64,000 nucleotides of DNA, taken from assembly GCF_009914755.1 (NCBI RefSeq), contig NC_060933.1. The stretch is one strand, 5' to 3'. Both the position numbers and the translations under genes were made by a program. Origin of the DNA: the human T2T-CHM13v2.0 reference genome, Homo sapiens. The notes under the pieces are model-generated. The model was given only the letters and a program-made list of their open reading frames with translations. It made no database searches and was not told the DNA's origin. This document shows, one piece after another, positions 44,881-62,733 of this stretch (position 1 is its first letter; each line of letters begins with the position of its first letter).

Positions 44881-47809
44881 AGAAGAGGTACCTGATAGAC
44901 AGGGTGTGGGTGGCACAGCGTGTTATCTGTAAGTTTCCTCAAAACTCAGATTTGGAAAGGGGTAAGATCATCAGTAAAAATGGCCCAAAATACTGTCTGG
45001 GATCAGCCAAACTCCAATCAAAGGGACCTGGACATAACCTCAGAGACTGCAACCAGGAAACTCAGATGCCTAAGTAATTGAATTAAATCTTTAAGTCCAA
45101 AGATGCAGGTGTTGCTAGAAATGGAGAGTCCCAGCAGCATTAAGAGATGGAAGTTCAGCAAGAGAAGAGCGGGCAGCAGCTCCCACCATGTCCAGGGCAG
45201 AGGGTACCCCAACTTGTGTACCTGAATATACGACCAGTAAGGCAGGTAAACCCCAAAACGAAGATAAAGATAAGTTGGTGACAGCAGCCATTAAGGGCTC
45301 ATATAGATGAGTCCCTTTGTTCTAGTCTTGAGCTTACCAAGTAACTGCCTCTGTATCATTCATCTTCCCAAGTAAACATCCCAAAAGGGAGAGAGTGTTC
45401 CGATACATAATCAAGAGGATCAGATTCTCTTGTCGGTTCCGGTTGGTATGAACCATTCAGCCCACTCAAGGTATAGGTATGATCACCGTTCTTATTTATC
45501 CAATTAATTGCTCATGTTCTCCCCTGCAGGGATGTACCAGGACGACCAGCCAGCCTTCTGCAATGAGACCCAGTGGCCCTTTTCCCAAACCATGGCACAG
45601 GATTTAAAACAACCACACACAAACAAGAAGTTTAGTCTACACAGTAGAGGTGGACACGCACACACTGTAGGCAGCATATAGACACTGGGGTCCGGCTGGG
45701 CTGGGTCAGCAATACTCACGGCACTTGAGGAGGAAGGGCACCTTCCTGGGCTTCCACCTAGAGGGACACTGGCACCCAGCTCTCCAGCCTGCCAGGAACT
45801 CGGCCAACCATTCCAGGGTGGGTCCTTTTCAAGAACAACACTTGGCCCCTCCTCCTCCTTTAGGTACTCTGTCCACTTGTTTCACTGAGGTCAGCTAGCA
45901 TAGAGCCCACCCTACATCTCAGAGGAGGCAAATCTACACGTGCTCCCCTGGAATGCCCCCTCTTTCTCTCTTCTCCACCTAGAGCACCTCTCCTCCAGGG
46001 ACCAAGGAGAAAAGCTCCCTCTGCTGTTTGATGTTGACACCAGCCTCCCACAGACAACGCTTCTATCCAGAGGTGGGCTTAGTACTTTCCCTGGCACAGA
46101 CTAAAGTGTATAGCCATTCAGGGCTATGTTGCACTTCATTTATTCCCTCATTCATTCATCCATCAAATGCTGGGGGGTTCCTACTTAGAAGCAGAGCAGT
46201 CATGGTAGAAATAAGACTACAGATTCAGAAATTGCTGAAACATGGTTTTTTTCATATATTTCAACTGCATGCCTAAAGAAATGAGAGACATATCAGCCTG
46301 AAGCTGGGTGACTGCTTCACCTCAGTTCAGTTCTGAATGTACCAGTTTTCTGGATTCTATATCAAATCCACTCACTGTCTCCTTCCCAGAAATTGTTTTC
46401 AGATCCACAGGGTTGAGGCCCTTATATTCACAAATAAACAAACTTAGACATTGCATTTGAAAAGTGACTCAAGGGCATATTTTGAAAACCAGGGAAATAA
46501 CAGCAAATAAAGATAAAACATATATCTGAAAAGAGATTCAGATACACATTTAGAAAGAAAAGGAGTCATAGCATTCCTTCAGAAGAAGGATGAGAGTAGG
46601 GCACTACTACAGATATCTGTATTCGTTGAGTTTTTAACTTTTAGAACACATGACATTGAGTTCCTGCAGATTCTGCAGTGTCAGGTTCCTCATCCCAGCA
46701 GGGCAGCTGCCCTGGGAGAGGGAGGAGCCCTGGACTTGGGGTCAGGCCCCAGATGACTGCAGAAATGATGCTGGGCCAACAGGGGAAACCCTACCACTGA
46801 GGGGCTCACAGCCCAGAGGGGAAATGCTGCTAAACAGAAGCACAAAAATCTCCCAGAAGATTCAACCCTGGCTGTGCATCAGAATCACTGGAGGCGTTTT
46901 TGTGGGGTTTTTTTGTTTTTTGTTTTTTTAACATTCATGCCTAAGCCCCACCCCTGTCTCCTGAATCTGAATCTCAAGGTCAGACATCACCTCCACTGTC
47001 CAGCTTTTCTGATGCCTCCAGACAACACAGTTCCTTCACCTATGACCCTGTACTCCTGGGTTTTTGTCACCTTCCTCCTCGCTTATGTGTTCGCCTGCCC
47101 TCCAGCTCCCACTAGACTCTGAGCAAGGTGAGCCAGAGAAATAACTGTCATTTGATTACAAAGCCTTTTTCCCCAGAAAGTGGTTGGATATTCAAAATTA
47201 AAGTTAAGAGTTCTTATATTAATGCTTGGAATCATATGTAACATTTCCTTTTTAATTGTGATCTGGGCATCCCACTTATCACTTTTGGAATTTAGAAGTA
47301 AATTTCCTAAGGTGGCTATTACAGGCCCTGAGATATACTCACCAGTCTAGGTAGTGACCATGGCCTAAATCTTGTTCAGCCACAGGACTGCAGGGTGAGC
47401 CCTGAGCAGGGAATGGCTGTCAGGCAACTCCGCACGGAAAGCTGTTCTCACTTTCTCTCCCAGCCAGTGACTCACCTGCAGCTGCTGCATGACAGGGGCC
47501 CCAGGCAGTAGACGGGACACTGTGAACATCGCCCAATTGCCAATTTTCATAATTCGGAAGACCTAGAAATGGGAAAACAGACTACAATAAGCCCTAAAAC
47601 CACATCACATCTCTCCACGCCACAGAGTTTATTTTCTATTGCTAATGTCATCAGCTGTGTCATCTAGTAGTGACATATACTATTTTTCCTCAAAGCCCCT
47701 CTGGTGGCAAATGTCCCATGGGGTCACCTTCTCAGTCAGCTGAGTCAGAATCACAGAATTCTAGAAATGCAAAGCAGGCAGAGCTCTTCCTAATAAGAGC
47801 AGAACTGTT

Positions 47810-48000
47810 CACATATCTTGAAAACCTACTATGGGCCAGCCCTTCATAGATCTTTTTTTACTTAAACCTCACACTAACTCTGACATGTAAGTTTCACTGG
47901 TCTCATATTTTAGATGAAAAAGCTGAGATTTGGAAAAGTGATGTGATCCTCTCAAGGTTACATATCTAGTAACCCAGATCTGTATAATCTAAAAGCCCCG
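47810..48000 (-). mobile_element. MIR
   Basis: catattttagatgaaaaagctgagatttggaaaagtgatgtgatcctctcaaggttacata. Confidence 0.6.
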
Positions 48001-49089
48001 GTTTCTGAAAGTGGGGATTATATACAAGGCAGCATGCCAGAGTCACATGAAGTCTCATGGTTAAACAGCACATCCTCTAAAATGTTGATTTTATTCAATG
48101 GTAAATAATTTAAAACACCATCGTTATTGTTTTTTTAATTAAATTACACATGAATGCATTGTGGGGGAATACAAACTTGCACAAAATTTAAAGATAAAAT
48201 GAAAAATGTTGAGGAACTCATCATACTAATGGAAGCTACTTCTTCTGGCTTTGCTCCCAGACCCCCAGGGTTCCCTCCAGAGTCCTCTGCCATGAGGAAA
48301 ATCCTGGCAGAAAGATTTAAAGGCATGGCCATAGGTCCTCAGTTTCAGCCCAAACAGGACTCAGGAGTGGCACCCCCAAGTGGAGGAGGGGAGAAGGAGT
48401 GGTCATGGAAGAGCCAAGCGTGGTGATTGCATGTTGCTGCGAGGCTTTGTTTCAATGCTCATCACTGGAGGAATATAAATTATGTAAGTCCCTGGGCTGC
48501 CAAGCCCCTTCCCACCTAACTGACAAGGTTTCCAAAGTTTTCCAGTGTGGAGAGGAGAATCTATCACCAAGTAAATGAGCCAGAGGCAGGTCCAGCCCCC
48601 CCTTAATCCTGGCCCTATGCCACTCCTTATCACTAGTCCTCCCACTGCCAGACCTTACTTCCCCTAAGTCCTTGCTATCTTTTTCATTAAAATACCCTGA
48701 ATCATCTCTGAGGTGGCTGCAATCAGCAGGGACTCAATCCTGAGCTAGTTAGGTTCGTCTATACTCTGCCCGAGGCTTGGAGTGCCTCCAGAGAAGTCAG
48801 TCACTGAATTCCAAAGGGGATGAGGGGAAGGACTCCAGTCAGGCACTTGGTCAAGCTGAGCTGGGCATGTCATAGCCTCACATCCTGATATCTTTGAAGT
48901 TAATAGGGATAGCCAAGAAAACTACCAAATAAAGCAAAGAAGGGCACAGCCTTGTGGGACTATGGAAAGGAGACCCTGATCAAGAGGCAACAGAAGCAAA
49001 GCCATTAAAGTGGCCCCACACCTACAAGCACGCTGCTGCCAGTCCACGCCATGCCCAGTTCCCCCAAACACACCTGCTCCCTGGCGCCG

Positions 49090-49402
49090 CTGACTCACTG
49101 ACACTTGCCATTCCCTTTCACTGGGAGGCCCTCTGCCCTGCTCATTGCATGGCTAATTCCTACTCACTGCTTGTGACTGGCCTCAGCTTTAATGCCACTT
49201 CTTCCAAGAAGATTTCCCTGATTCTCTGCGATCTGGGAACCTCCTGTATACTTCCTAGGAACACCCTACATTTCCCCCATCCAGGTGCTTACCAGATGCA
49301 TGATAATTGCCTATATATTTGTGAGTGTCACAAGAGCATGAATCCTCCGAGACAATGCCTGGGACATAGTAGGTACTCTGATTGTCTTCTGAATGAATGA
49401 AA
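49090..49402 (+). mobile_element. L2 3' end
   Basis: cctcagctttaatgccacttcttccaagaagatttccctga...atgcctgggacatagtaggtactc...tgaatgaatgaa. Confidence 0.7.
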
Positions 49403-49750
49403 ATTAAAGACATGCCTTAAGTCCCTGAGAAGGCCCATTACACCACAGGGATACACTTTCCTGGCAATTCATCTAGCCTCAAAAGCCCATAGCAATAAAA
49501 GGCTGCTTTTGAGAGAGCTGAGAAGGAGGGAGGAGCACATGCAAACAACTAAACACCTACCACCTGCATGAGGACACAGGGATGAAACAGAAAAGGTCTT
49601 CTCACTGCAGAAACTCAGTCTGATGAGGGAGACTATTAGGCTTACAATAGCAAGGACAGATTGCTTCGGTACAAAGCTGGAATGGGGACAAATGTGAAAA
49701 CCAAACTGAGTGATGCCTTTGCTTACGTACTAATCTTATTGCTCAGAACG

Positions 49751-49784
49751 ACTCACGAGACAAAGATACTCACGAGACAAAGAT
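49751..49784. repeat. Perfect 17-bp tandem duplication
   Basis: actcacgagacaaagat x2. Confidence 0.95.
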
Positions 49785-50034
49785 TTCAGGAGAAAATGTT
49801 CATGAGAACTTTGGTAGCTATATTTGTAAGGTAATTGACAGTCAACAAAATTCTTTCATATGTATCATTTTATTTCATCTTATTCATGTATCAAATATTT
49901 GAGGGTGCTTATCTGTACTACACTTAACATCTAGTGTTAGGAAGGCTGGGAGAATTAAAAAGTGACTGTCTTCAAGGAGCTTGGAGTCAAGTTGGGAGAC
50001 ACAGGCAACCTCAATTCAAGGCAGAGAGATGAAA

Positions 50035-50550
50035 GTCAGGTAAGTCACGGTTGTTTGAGTTGTAAAAGAGTCACTCTGGCTTAACTAAAAAAGGAAATGT
50101 TTTTCTCACATAATTTAAATGTTACCAGAAAGGGGTCTCTGGTTCAAATGCCTCTGATAAAAATGCCCAGGAATATCTTTAAAGCCCAGGTTTAGCTTTA
50201 TCCAGCAGCCTGAATAATGTCCACCAGCCACTTCTCTAATCTCTTGGCTTTGCCTTGGCTGGGCCGACATCACTCTCAGGCTCCACATGGCAGCCACTCA
50301 CAGCTTCAGGCCCATAGTTTCCAAGGCCCGAATTGACCTGAAAATAGAGCTTCTCTTCTCTGACAGGTTCTAACGAAAGACCAGGGCCTTATTATCCCTG
50401 GCCTGGGTGATGATCATGAGCCTACCAATGAGCCATGGGAATGGAATTAGAGTATTGTAACCCTAGGCCATGTCCCCAAACCTTGCCCAGCTCCAAAGCT
50501 GGTGTGGGGTCAGGCCCTCCCAAACTGCATGGGCTGTGTAGCAAAGTGTC
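50035..50550 (-). mobile_element. MLT1 (J/K/L-like) LTR
   Basis: gttgtaaaagagtcactctggcttaactaaaaaaggaaatg...ctctcaggctccacatggcagcca. Confidence 0.5.
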
Positions 50551-50571
50551 ATTAAAAACAGTCTGGTAATT

Positions 50572-50972
50572 GGCCATGTACAGTGGTTCATGCCCGTAAT
50601 CCCAGTGCTTTGGGAGACCGAGGCAGGAGGATCTCTTGAGCCCAGGAGTTTAAGACTAGACTGGGCAACATAGCAAGACCCTGTCTCTACACAATACATT
50701 TTTTTACTTAGATATGGTAGCATGCATCTATAGTCCCAGCTATTCAGGAGGTGGAGATGAGAGGATCACTTGAGCCCAGTAGTTTGAGGTTACAATGAGC
50801 TATAATCATGCCACTGCACTCCAGTCTGGGAGACAGAGCTATTAGGCTGGTGCAAAAGTAATTGCGGTTTTTGCAACTACTTTTAATTGCCAGAACTGCA
50901 ATTACTTTTGCACCAACCAAATAGAACTTGTCTCAAAAAAAAAAAAAAAAAAACCACCAAAAGAAAAAAAAA
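50572..50972 (+). mobile_element. AluJ interrupted by MADE1
   Basis: J-type ttgagcccaggagttt, gggcaacatagcaagaccctgtctc and gaggttacaatgagctat; the 3' end gaacttgtctc plus poly(A) resumes after the MADE1. Confidence 0.9.
50842..50921. mobile_element. MADE1 (Hsmar1-derived 80-bp palindromic MITE)
   Basis: ttaggctggtgcaaaagtaattgcggtttttgc...ctgcaattacttttgcaccaaccaaa; exactly 80 bp; TA TSD at 50840-50841 and 50922-50923. Confidence 0.95.
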
Positions 50973-51174
50973 CCCAATAAAATGCTTGACAATTAGTCCT
51001 CAGGCTAGCTTTGTGTTTCCATTCATTTTACAAGTGAGGAAAATGATACCAATAAGAGCAAACGCAGGACTAAAGCCTGGTCTTCTGACTCAGTCCTATG
51101 CTCCTCCCATCAGTGCTTGCCTGATAATAATTATTAGCACTTAATTATAATAGCAATTAATTATTAATAATAGG

Positions 51175-51380
51175 GGAAGTGCTTAGGGCACTGCTGGAAT
51201 TTGGAGTGGGACACTTCTTCCTTGTGTGGGACTGTCCCTAGCATTACAAATGTTTCATTACATTCATGGCTCTAATACCAGTGACACTTGCTTCCCAGCA
51301 TTGTAACAACTAAAATGCTTGCACACACTTTCAAAGGTCCCCTTAGGAAGACAGCACCTCCCCTATTTGAGAAAAACTGT
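51175..51380. mobile_element. MER20-like hAT MITE
   Basis: ggcactgctggaatttgg...tgtgggactgtccctagcatt...tgtaacaactaaaatg...ttgagaaaaactg. Confidence 0.6.
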
Positions 51381-52019
51381 ATGTTATCACAAGTGAACCC
51401 TGTTAGCAAGAGGTTCATACTTCTTGGAGTTTAAACATAAGCTCTAACCTCTCGCTTTAGAGATAGTCTGAGCTTTTGATTGAATATGCCTTGGAGATCA
51501 TCAGGCCCAAATCCCTGGGCCGGTAGTTCTGGCTTGGAGGAGAAGGGGTAAGCGAGGGTGAGAGGGAAGAAGATGGGCTGGGAATGCATCCCTGAAAGGT
51601 GAGTATGAAGGGTTGCAGGTGGGAGGTTTCAGCTTCCCATTAGTGCTCCTCTTACTCAAAAGTGAAATCACAGAATTAATGCATTTTTTATAGTCAGGAT
51701 TCAAGCTATTTCTTAGGGGAGAGGGTGTTTGTCCTCCCTTACTTGAGTAAGATAAGAAATTACAGAATTGTGGGGAAGTAGAATGCTCAATTCTGCACAA
51801 TACTCACGAAGAGAGATGTTGCCAAACTGACCTGCACTCCGGTGGAGCAAACAGGGTATGTGGGAATTTAAAACCAGGTCGTCACATGAAGCACATTCCA
51901 TAGAACAGGCAAACCTATGCCTGGCAAAATACTCAAAGCGAGACAAGAAATTTGCCTTCTAAGATACTGAAGACATCACCTAGGAGTAGACTTGGAATTA
52001 CTCTACATATCCCAAAGGG

Positions 52020-52160
52020 ACAAAACCAGTTCTAATAGGACCTGAAAACAGCTGGCCCATGAGAGATATCTAACAATAGAATGAGCCATCTGGGAAGACA
52101 GTGAGTTGCCCACTGCTGGAGGCATCCAAGCACACATTGAGATGTTGAAGTGGGTTTAAA
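52020..52160 (+). mobile_element. L3/CR1 fragment
   Basis: gacagtgagttgcccactgctggaggcatccaagc resembles the CR1 3' region. Confidence 0.4.
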
Positions 52161-52574
52161 CTTAGTCTCTCAAACATTCTGAAGCAACACAGATGGATGC
52201 AGTTTAAGTGCTCCACACATTGCTAACAGACCGTGTCAGAGGCGTGTGAACCAGAGCAACAGCATCTTGAAGAGGAGCCGGGTAAAATGAGGCTGAAACC
52301 TACTGGGCTGCATTCCTAGATGATGAAGGCATTGTAAGCCACAGGATGAGATAGGAGGTCAGCACAAGATACAGGTCATAAAGACCTTGCTGATAAAACA
52401 GTTTGCAGTAAAGGAGCCAGCCAAAATCCACCCAAACCAAGATGGCGACAAGAAGGCGACGAGAGTGACCTCTGGTTGTTTTCACTGCCACACTCTCACC
52501 AGTGCCATGACAGTTTACAGATGCCATGGCAACATCAGGAAGTTACCCTCTATGGTCTAAAATGGGGAGGCATG

Positions 52575-53478
52575 GGAGGAGCCAAGATGGCCGAATAGGA
52601 AGAGCTCCGGTCTACAGCTCCCAGCGTGAGCGACGCAGAAGACGGATGATTTCTGCATTTCCATCTGAGGTACCGGGTTCATCTTACTAGGGAGTGCCAG
52701 ACAGTGGGCGCAGGTCAGTGGGTGCGCGCACGGTTCGTGAGCCGAAGCAGGGCGAGGCATTGCCTCACTTGGGAAGCGCAAGGGGTCAGGGAGCTCCCTT
52801 TCCGAGTCAAAGAAAGGGGTGACGGCCGCACCTGGAAAATTGGGTCACTCCCACCCGAATATTGTGCTTTTCCGACCGGCTTAAAAAACGGCGCACCAAG
52901 AGATTATATCCCACACCTGGCTCGGAGGGTCCTACGCCCAAGGAGTCTCGCTGATTGCTAGCACAGCAGTCTGAGATCAAACTGCAAGGCGGCAGCGAGG
53001 CTGGGGGAGGGGCGCCCGCCATTGCCCAGGCTCGCTTAGGTAAACAAAGCAGCCGGGAAGCTCGAACTGGGTGGAGCCCACCACAGCTCAAGGAGGCCTG
53101 CCTGCCTCTGTAGGCTCCACCTCTGGGGGCAGGGCACAGACAAACAAAAAGACAGCAGTAACCTCTGCAGACTTAAACGTCCCTGTCTGACAGCTTTGAA
53201 GAGAGCAGTGGTTCTCCCAGCACGCAGCTGGAGATCTGAGAACGGGCAGACTGCCTCCTCAAGTGGGTCCCTGATCCCTCACCCCTGAGCAGCCTAACTG
53301 GGAGGCACCCCCCAGCAGGGGCACACTGACACCTCACATGGCAGGGTATTCCAACAGACCTGCAGCTGAGGGTCCTGTCTGTTAGAAGGAAAACTTAACA
53401 AACAGAAGGGACATCCACACCAAAAACCCATCTGTACCTCACCATCATCAAAGACCAAAAGTAGATAAAACCACAAAG
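52575..53478. promoter_or_regulatory. L1 5'UTR sense promoter and antisense promoter
   Basis: YY1 motif caagatggcc at 52583-52592, many CpGs retained; promoter role is established for this family, not shown for this copy. Confidence 0.7.
52807..53022 (-). CDS. L1 ORF0 (71 aa, intact)
   Basis: MAGAPPPASLPPCSLISDCCASNQRDSLGVGPSEPG...RHPFL*, from M24 of the listed 94-aa ORF; ATG in gcaATGG context. Confidence 0.85.
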   Translation of the reverse strand: MAGAPPPASLPPCSLISDCCASNQRDSLGVGPSEPGVGYNLLVRRFLSRSEKHNIRVGVTQFSRCGRHPFL

Positions 53479-54495
53479 ATGGGGAAAAAACAGAACAGAA
53501 AAACTGGAAACTCTAGAAAGCAGAGCGCCTCTCCTCCTCCAAAGGAACGCAGTTCCTCACCAGCAACGGAACAAAGCTGGACGGAGAATGACTTTGACGA
53601 ACTGAGAGAAGAAGGCTTCAGACGATCAAATAACTCTGAGCTACGGGAGGACATTCAAACCAAAGGCAAAGAAGTTGAAAACTTTGAAAAAAATTTAGAA
53701 GAATACATAACTAGAATAACCAATATAGAGAGGTGCTTAAAGGAGCTGATGGAGCTGAAAACCAAGGCTCGAGAACTACGTGAAGAATGCAGAAGCCTCA
53801 GGAGCCGATGCGATCAACTGGAAGAAAGGGTATCAGCAATGGAAGATGAAATGAATGAAATGAAGCGAGAAGGGAAGTTTAGAGAAAAAAGAATAAAAAG
53901 AAATGAGCAAAGCCTCCAAGAAATATGGGACTATGTGAAAAGACCAAATCTATGTCTGATTGGTGTACCTGAAAGTGATGGAGAGAATGGAACCAAGTTG
54001 GAAAACACTCTGCAGGATATTATCCAGGAGAACTTCCCCAATCTAGCAAGGCAGGCCAATGTTGAGATTCAGGAAATACAGAGAACGCCACAAAGATACT
54101 CCTCGAGAAGAGCAACTCCAAGACACATAATTGTCAGATTCACCAAAGTTGAAATGAAGGAAAAAATGTTAAGGGCAGCCAGAGAGAAAGGTCGGGTTAC
54201 CCACAAAGGGAAGCCCATCAGACTAACAGCGGATCTCTCGGCAGAAACCCTACAAGCCAGAAGAGAGTGGGGGCCGATATTCAACATTCTTAAAGACAAG
54301 AATTTTCAACCCAGAATTTCATATCCAGCCAAACTAAGCTTCATAAGCGAAGGAGAAATAAAATCCTTTACAGACAAGCAAATGCTGAGAGATTTTGTCA
54401 CCACCAGGCCTGCCCTAAAAGAGCTCCTGAAGGAAGCACTAAACATGGAAAGGAACAACTGGTACCAGCCACTGCAAAATCATGCCAAAATGTAA
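53479..54495 (+). CDS. L1 ORF1p (338 aa, intact)
   Basis: Full length MGKKQNRK...QNHAKM with REKG, ARR and YPAKLS motifs. Confidence 0.93.
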   Translation: MGKKQNRKTGNSRKQSASPPPKERSSSPATEQSWTENDFDELREEGFRRSNNSELREDIQTKGKEVENFEKNLEEYITRITNIERCLKELMELKTKARELREECRSLRSRCDQLEERVSAMEDEMNEMKREGKFREKRIKRNEQSLQEIWDYVKRPNLCLIGVPESDGENGTKLENTLQDIIQENFPNLARQANVEIQEIQRTPQRYSSRRATPRHIIVRFTKVEMKEKMLRAAREKGRVTHKGKPIRLTADLSAETLQARREWGPIFNILKDKNFQPRISYPAKLSFISEGEIKSFTDKQMLRDFVTTRPALKELLKEALNMERNNWYQPLQNHAKM

Positions 54496-54558
54496 AGACC
54501 ATCGAGACTAGGAAGAAACTGCATCAACTAACGAGCAAAATCACCAGCTAACATCATC

Positions 54559-58368
<3,810 letters not shown>

Positions 58369-60374
58369 ACAATGAGATCACATGGACACAGGAAGGGGAA
58401 TATCACACTCCAGGGACTGTGGTGGGGTCGGGGGAGGGGGGAGGGATAGCACTGGGAGATATACCTAATGCTAGATGACGAGTTAGTGGGTGCAGCGCAC
58501 CAGCATGGCACATGTATACATATGTAACTAACCTGCACAATGTGCACATGTACCCTAAAACAAAATATGATAAAAAAAAATAAAAAATAAAACAGTAAAA
58601 TAAAATGGGGAGGCATGAATAATCCACCCCTTGTTTAGCATATCATCAAGAAATAACCATAAAAATGGATAACCAGCAGCCTTTGGGCTGCTCTGTCTAT
58701 GGAGTAGCCATTCTTTTATTCCTTTACTTTCTCAAGAAACTTGCTTTCACTTTATTCCATGGACTTGCACCAAGTTCTTGCACAAAATCCAAGAACTGTC
58801 TCTTGGGGTCTGGATCTGGACCCTTTCCTGTAACAACCACATACAGATAATAGTTTGTGAACTATGTTCAATTTCTATTAGAGTAACTGTAAGGCAAGAC
58901 CTCTTTCTGCTGCACTCAAAAAACCTGCCGGAATATGCATGTGGGGGATATTATTGTAGGGTAATTTTGAATCTGCCCTAATTGACAAAGAAAAAATGGA
59001 AACCTCTAACAAACTTTCATACTCTATTGATAACGCAGTACTTTTAACAAAACAAGTAGTCACCTGGTTAAGAACTGCCAGCCTAAGAGGTTGTGACCAC
59101 TAAAATTTGTCCAACCAGAAGTGGAGTCTACAAAACTCTACAGGCTAGCGTGCCTAGAGCATGCTCAGTAATCCACCCCCAAAATCTCAGCCACGTGGCA
59201 TTTACCTTTGTGCTTCTGACTATCCCATGGGCAATCAGAGGTCCACAGACAACCAAAGGTTAAAATGAGATGGATGTTACATGTCACACACTGCCTGGGG
59301 GAGTGCTTGCAAGTTGCACAAAGCAACTGGAACTTCACTATGTCACTCCCTCATCTGAACTACTTGCTGAGACAGCTCTCTTTGTAAAGGGTCATTTCTG
59401 TCCGGCAGCTGAGCTCTGGGACAGAAATGATGTTTGGCAATACCAGCCTCTAGCAATGAAGCCAACTTTAAATCAGAAATGCTGTGAGAGTGTGGGATGC
59501 CAGATTGTGTTTTACAGAGGCTGGAAAGCTCCAATCTTGCCTGGCAAGGCTGTCAGAAGGATCTCTCCAACTCTTTGGTTTTCACAGCCTCTGGAGCTGA
59601 GCTAGCTGCTCACTACACATTTTCATGACCATCGAGTCCCTGTGAATGGAAGTGTTCTATTTCATACTGTGGGTTTTGGTGTGAATTCTAGATCGCAGCT
59701 TAGGTTAAACTACAAAACATGGGTGTTTCTGTGGGACACCAGAGGCACTGGAGATAATTTGGGTGAATACACAGAAATCTGTGGAAGAGTAGGATTTGGT
59801 CTTTGTCAAACGGTCTAGAGTGGCTGTGCCTTGTTCTTTATCTTATAAAGAAATCAATGCATACTTTACTGCCACCAACGCCCCTTCCTGCATATCACCA
59901 AAGTCATTCTTCTACTATTCAGAAAAAAGGGATATTGTTGCTGCTTAGTTGTAAGGGTTCATGGCAGCAAACATTCTTCAGAAGAGATCTATAACTTTCT
60001 GGATGCTGCTGCCCCCGTCTCGTTGCTATGGTTAGAGTACATGCTGCTTCTGTCTTCTAACCTTCTTACGCAGCACTGTGGCCATCACTCATTGGTACTA
60101 TTCATGCTCCTGCAAATTAAAGCACAGGTGCTGCCCTCCTCTCAGGGTGCTTCCTGTAAAACTGAGCAAAATGAGTATTCATCCTGATGCATTCAAAAAA
60201 TATTTACTGAACACTGATATGTGCTTGTCTGGTATCTCAAGCTGATTTGCTTTATCTGAAAAGCGTCTAGTTTACAGATGGATTAGCTTTCCCTTGTATT
60301 ATTTGCCAAATATTCTAAATAAATAATATAAAGGCAGAGATGCTGTAAAAATTATAAAAATGAAGGTGTCATAT

Positions 60375-61735
<1,361 letters not shown>

Positions 61736-62516
61736 TAGATGCTCTCAACTAGACTCCAAAGTGTGTGTGTGTTGGGCGGGGGTGGTGGGCGGGAGAAAGA
61801 GAAAAAGAGAGGACAGAAGGGAGGGAGAGGGATTTAAAAAAAAAATCAACAGTTTTTCTAGTTCTTTAAAAATGGAGGCTTAGATTCACCTCTGAGGGAA
61901 CATTGTTTCTTGTGTCTGGAAAACTTTAATGACCCCTTATGCAAACATGAGGCTATCATCTTCAATTGCAATGGAAAGTTTTTAGAGGCAATCAGGGCTC
62001 AACTGCTCTGCATGGAACGTAAGGGTAGTCTTTATTGATGATACAGAGGCATTCCCAGGATTACTATACTACTGGGAGACTGGCGGTAGACTGAGATGAG
62101 GAGAAATGGAGTGTTCCCCTGGGTGTTAGTGGAGTGGGGCTCTGGATCTGTGATAGGCAGGAACTCGTAAAAGCACTCCTATTGTAGGGAAGCAAATGAG
62201 CCCCTGCAAGGCCTCAGGCTGGTTGTGAGGGGATCCAGCACCAGGAGGTGTTCCCTGTGGAAGAGCATGACCAGAGGACCAGAGAAAAGACACACGTGGT
62301 GTCCAGTTTTACGGCACCCTGACTGTGTCATTCCTCCTGTTACCCCATTCTTCAGTAAAGCTTTTTTAAATGTACCAGCCCCATCTTGGTTGAGATTTGG
62401 GTAATTAATACAGCAACCAGTGTCCACTGTCACTGAATCAACACAAAGACTACCAATGTAGTCTCAAATTGAAGCTGAGTTTATTACGCACCAGGCAAAG
62501 GAGAATTAAGTTTCTT

Positions 62517-62733
62517 TCTTTTTCCTTTTTTTTTTTTTTTTGCTGTTTAAATGATTTATTTTATTTTAAAAATCATTTATTTCTTTAAATTTTATTTTAT
62601 TTTTTAAGTTCCGGGATATATGTGCAGGATGTGCAGGTTTGTTGCACAGGTAAATGCGTGCCATGGTGGTTTGCTGCACCTGTCAACCCATCACCTATGT
62701 ATTAAGCCCTGCATACATTAGCTATTTATCCTA
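62517..62733 (-). mobile_element. Short L1PA (about PA8-PA11) 3' end
   Basis: T-rich tail then ttaagttccgggatatatgtgcaggatgtgcagg...cattagctatttatcct; TSD gagaattaagtttctt (62501-62516) / gacaatcaagtttctt (62734-62749). Confidence 0.88.

Noticed and set aside
45330-45700. Possible exons (plus-strand acceptor ttctcccctgcag at ~45529; minus-strand donor at ~45336)
   Set aside because: No convincing partner splice sites and the translations resemble no protein I know.
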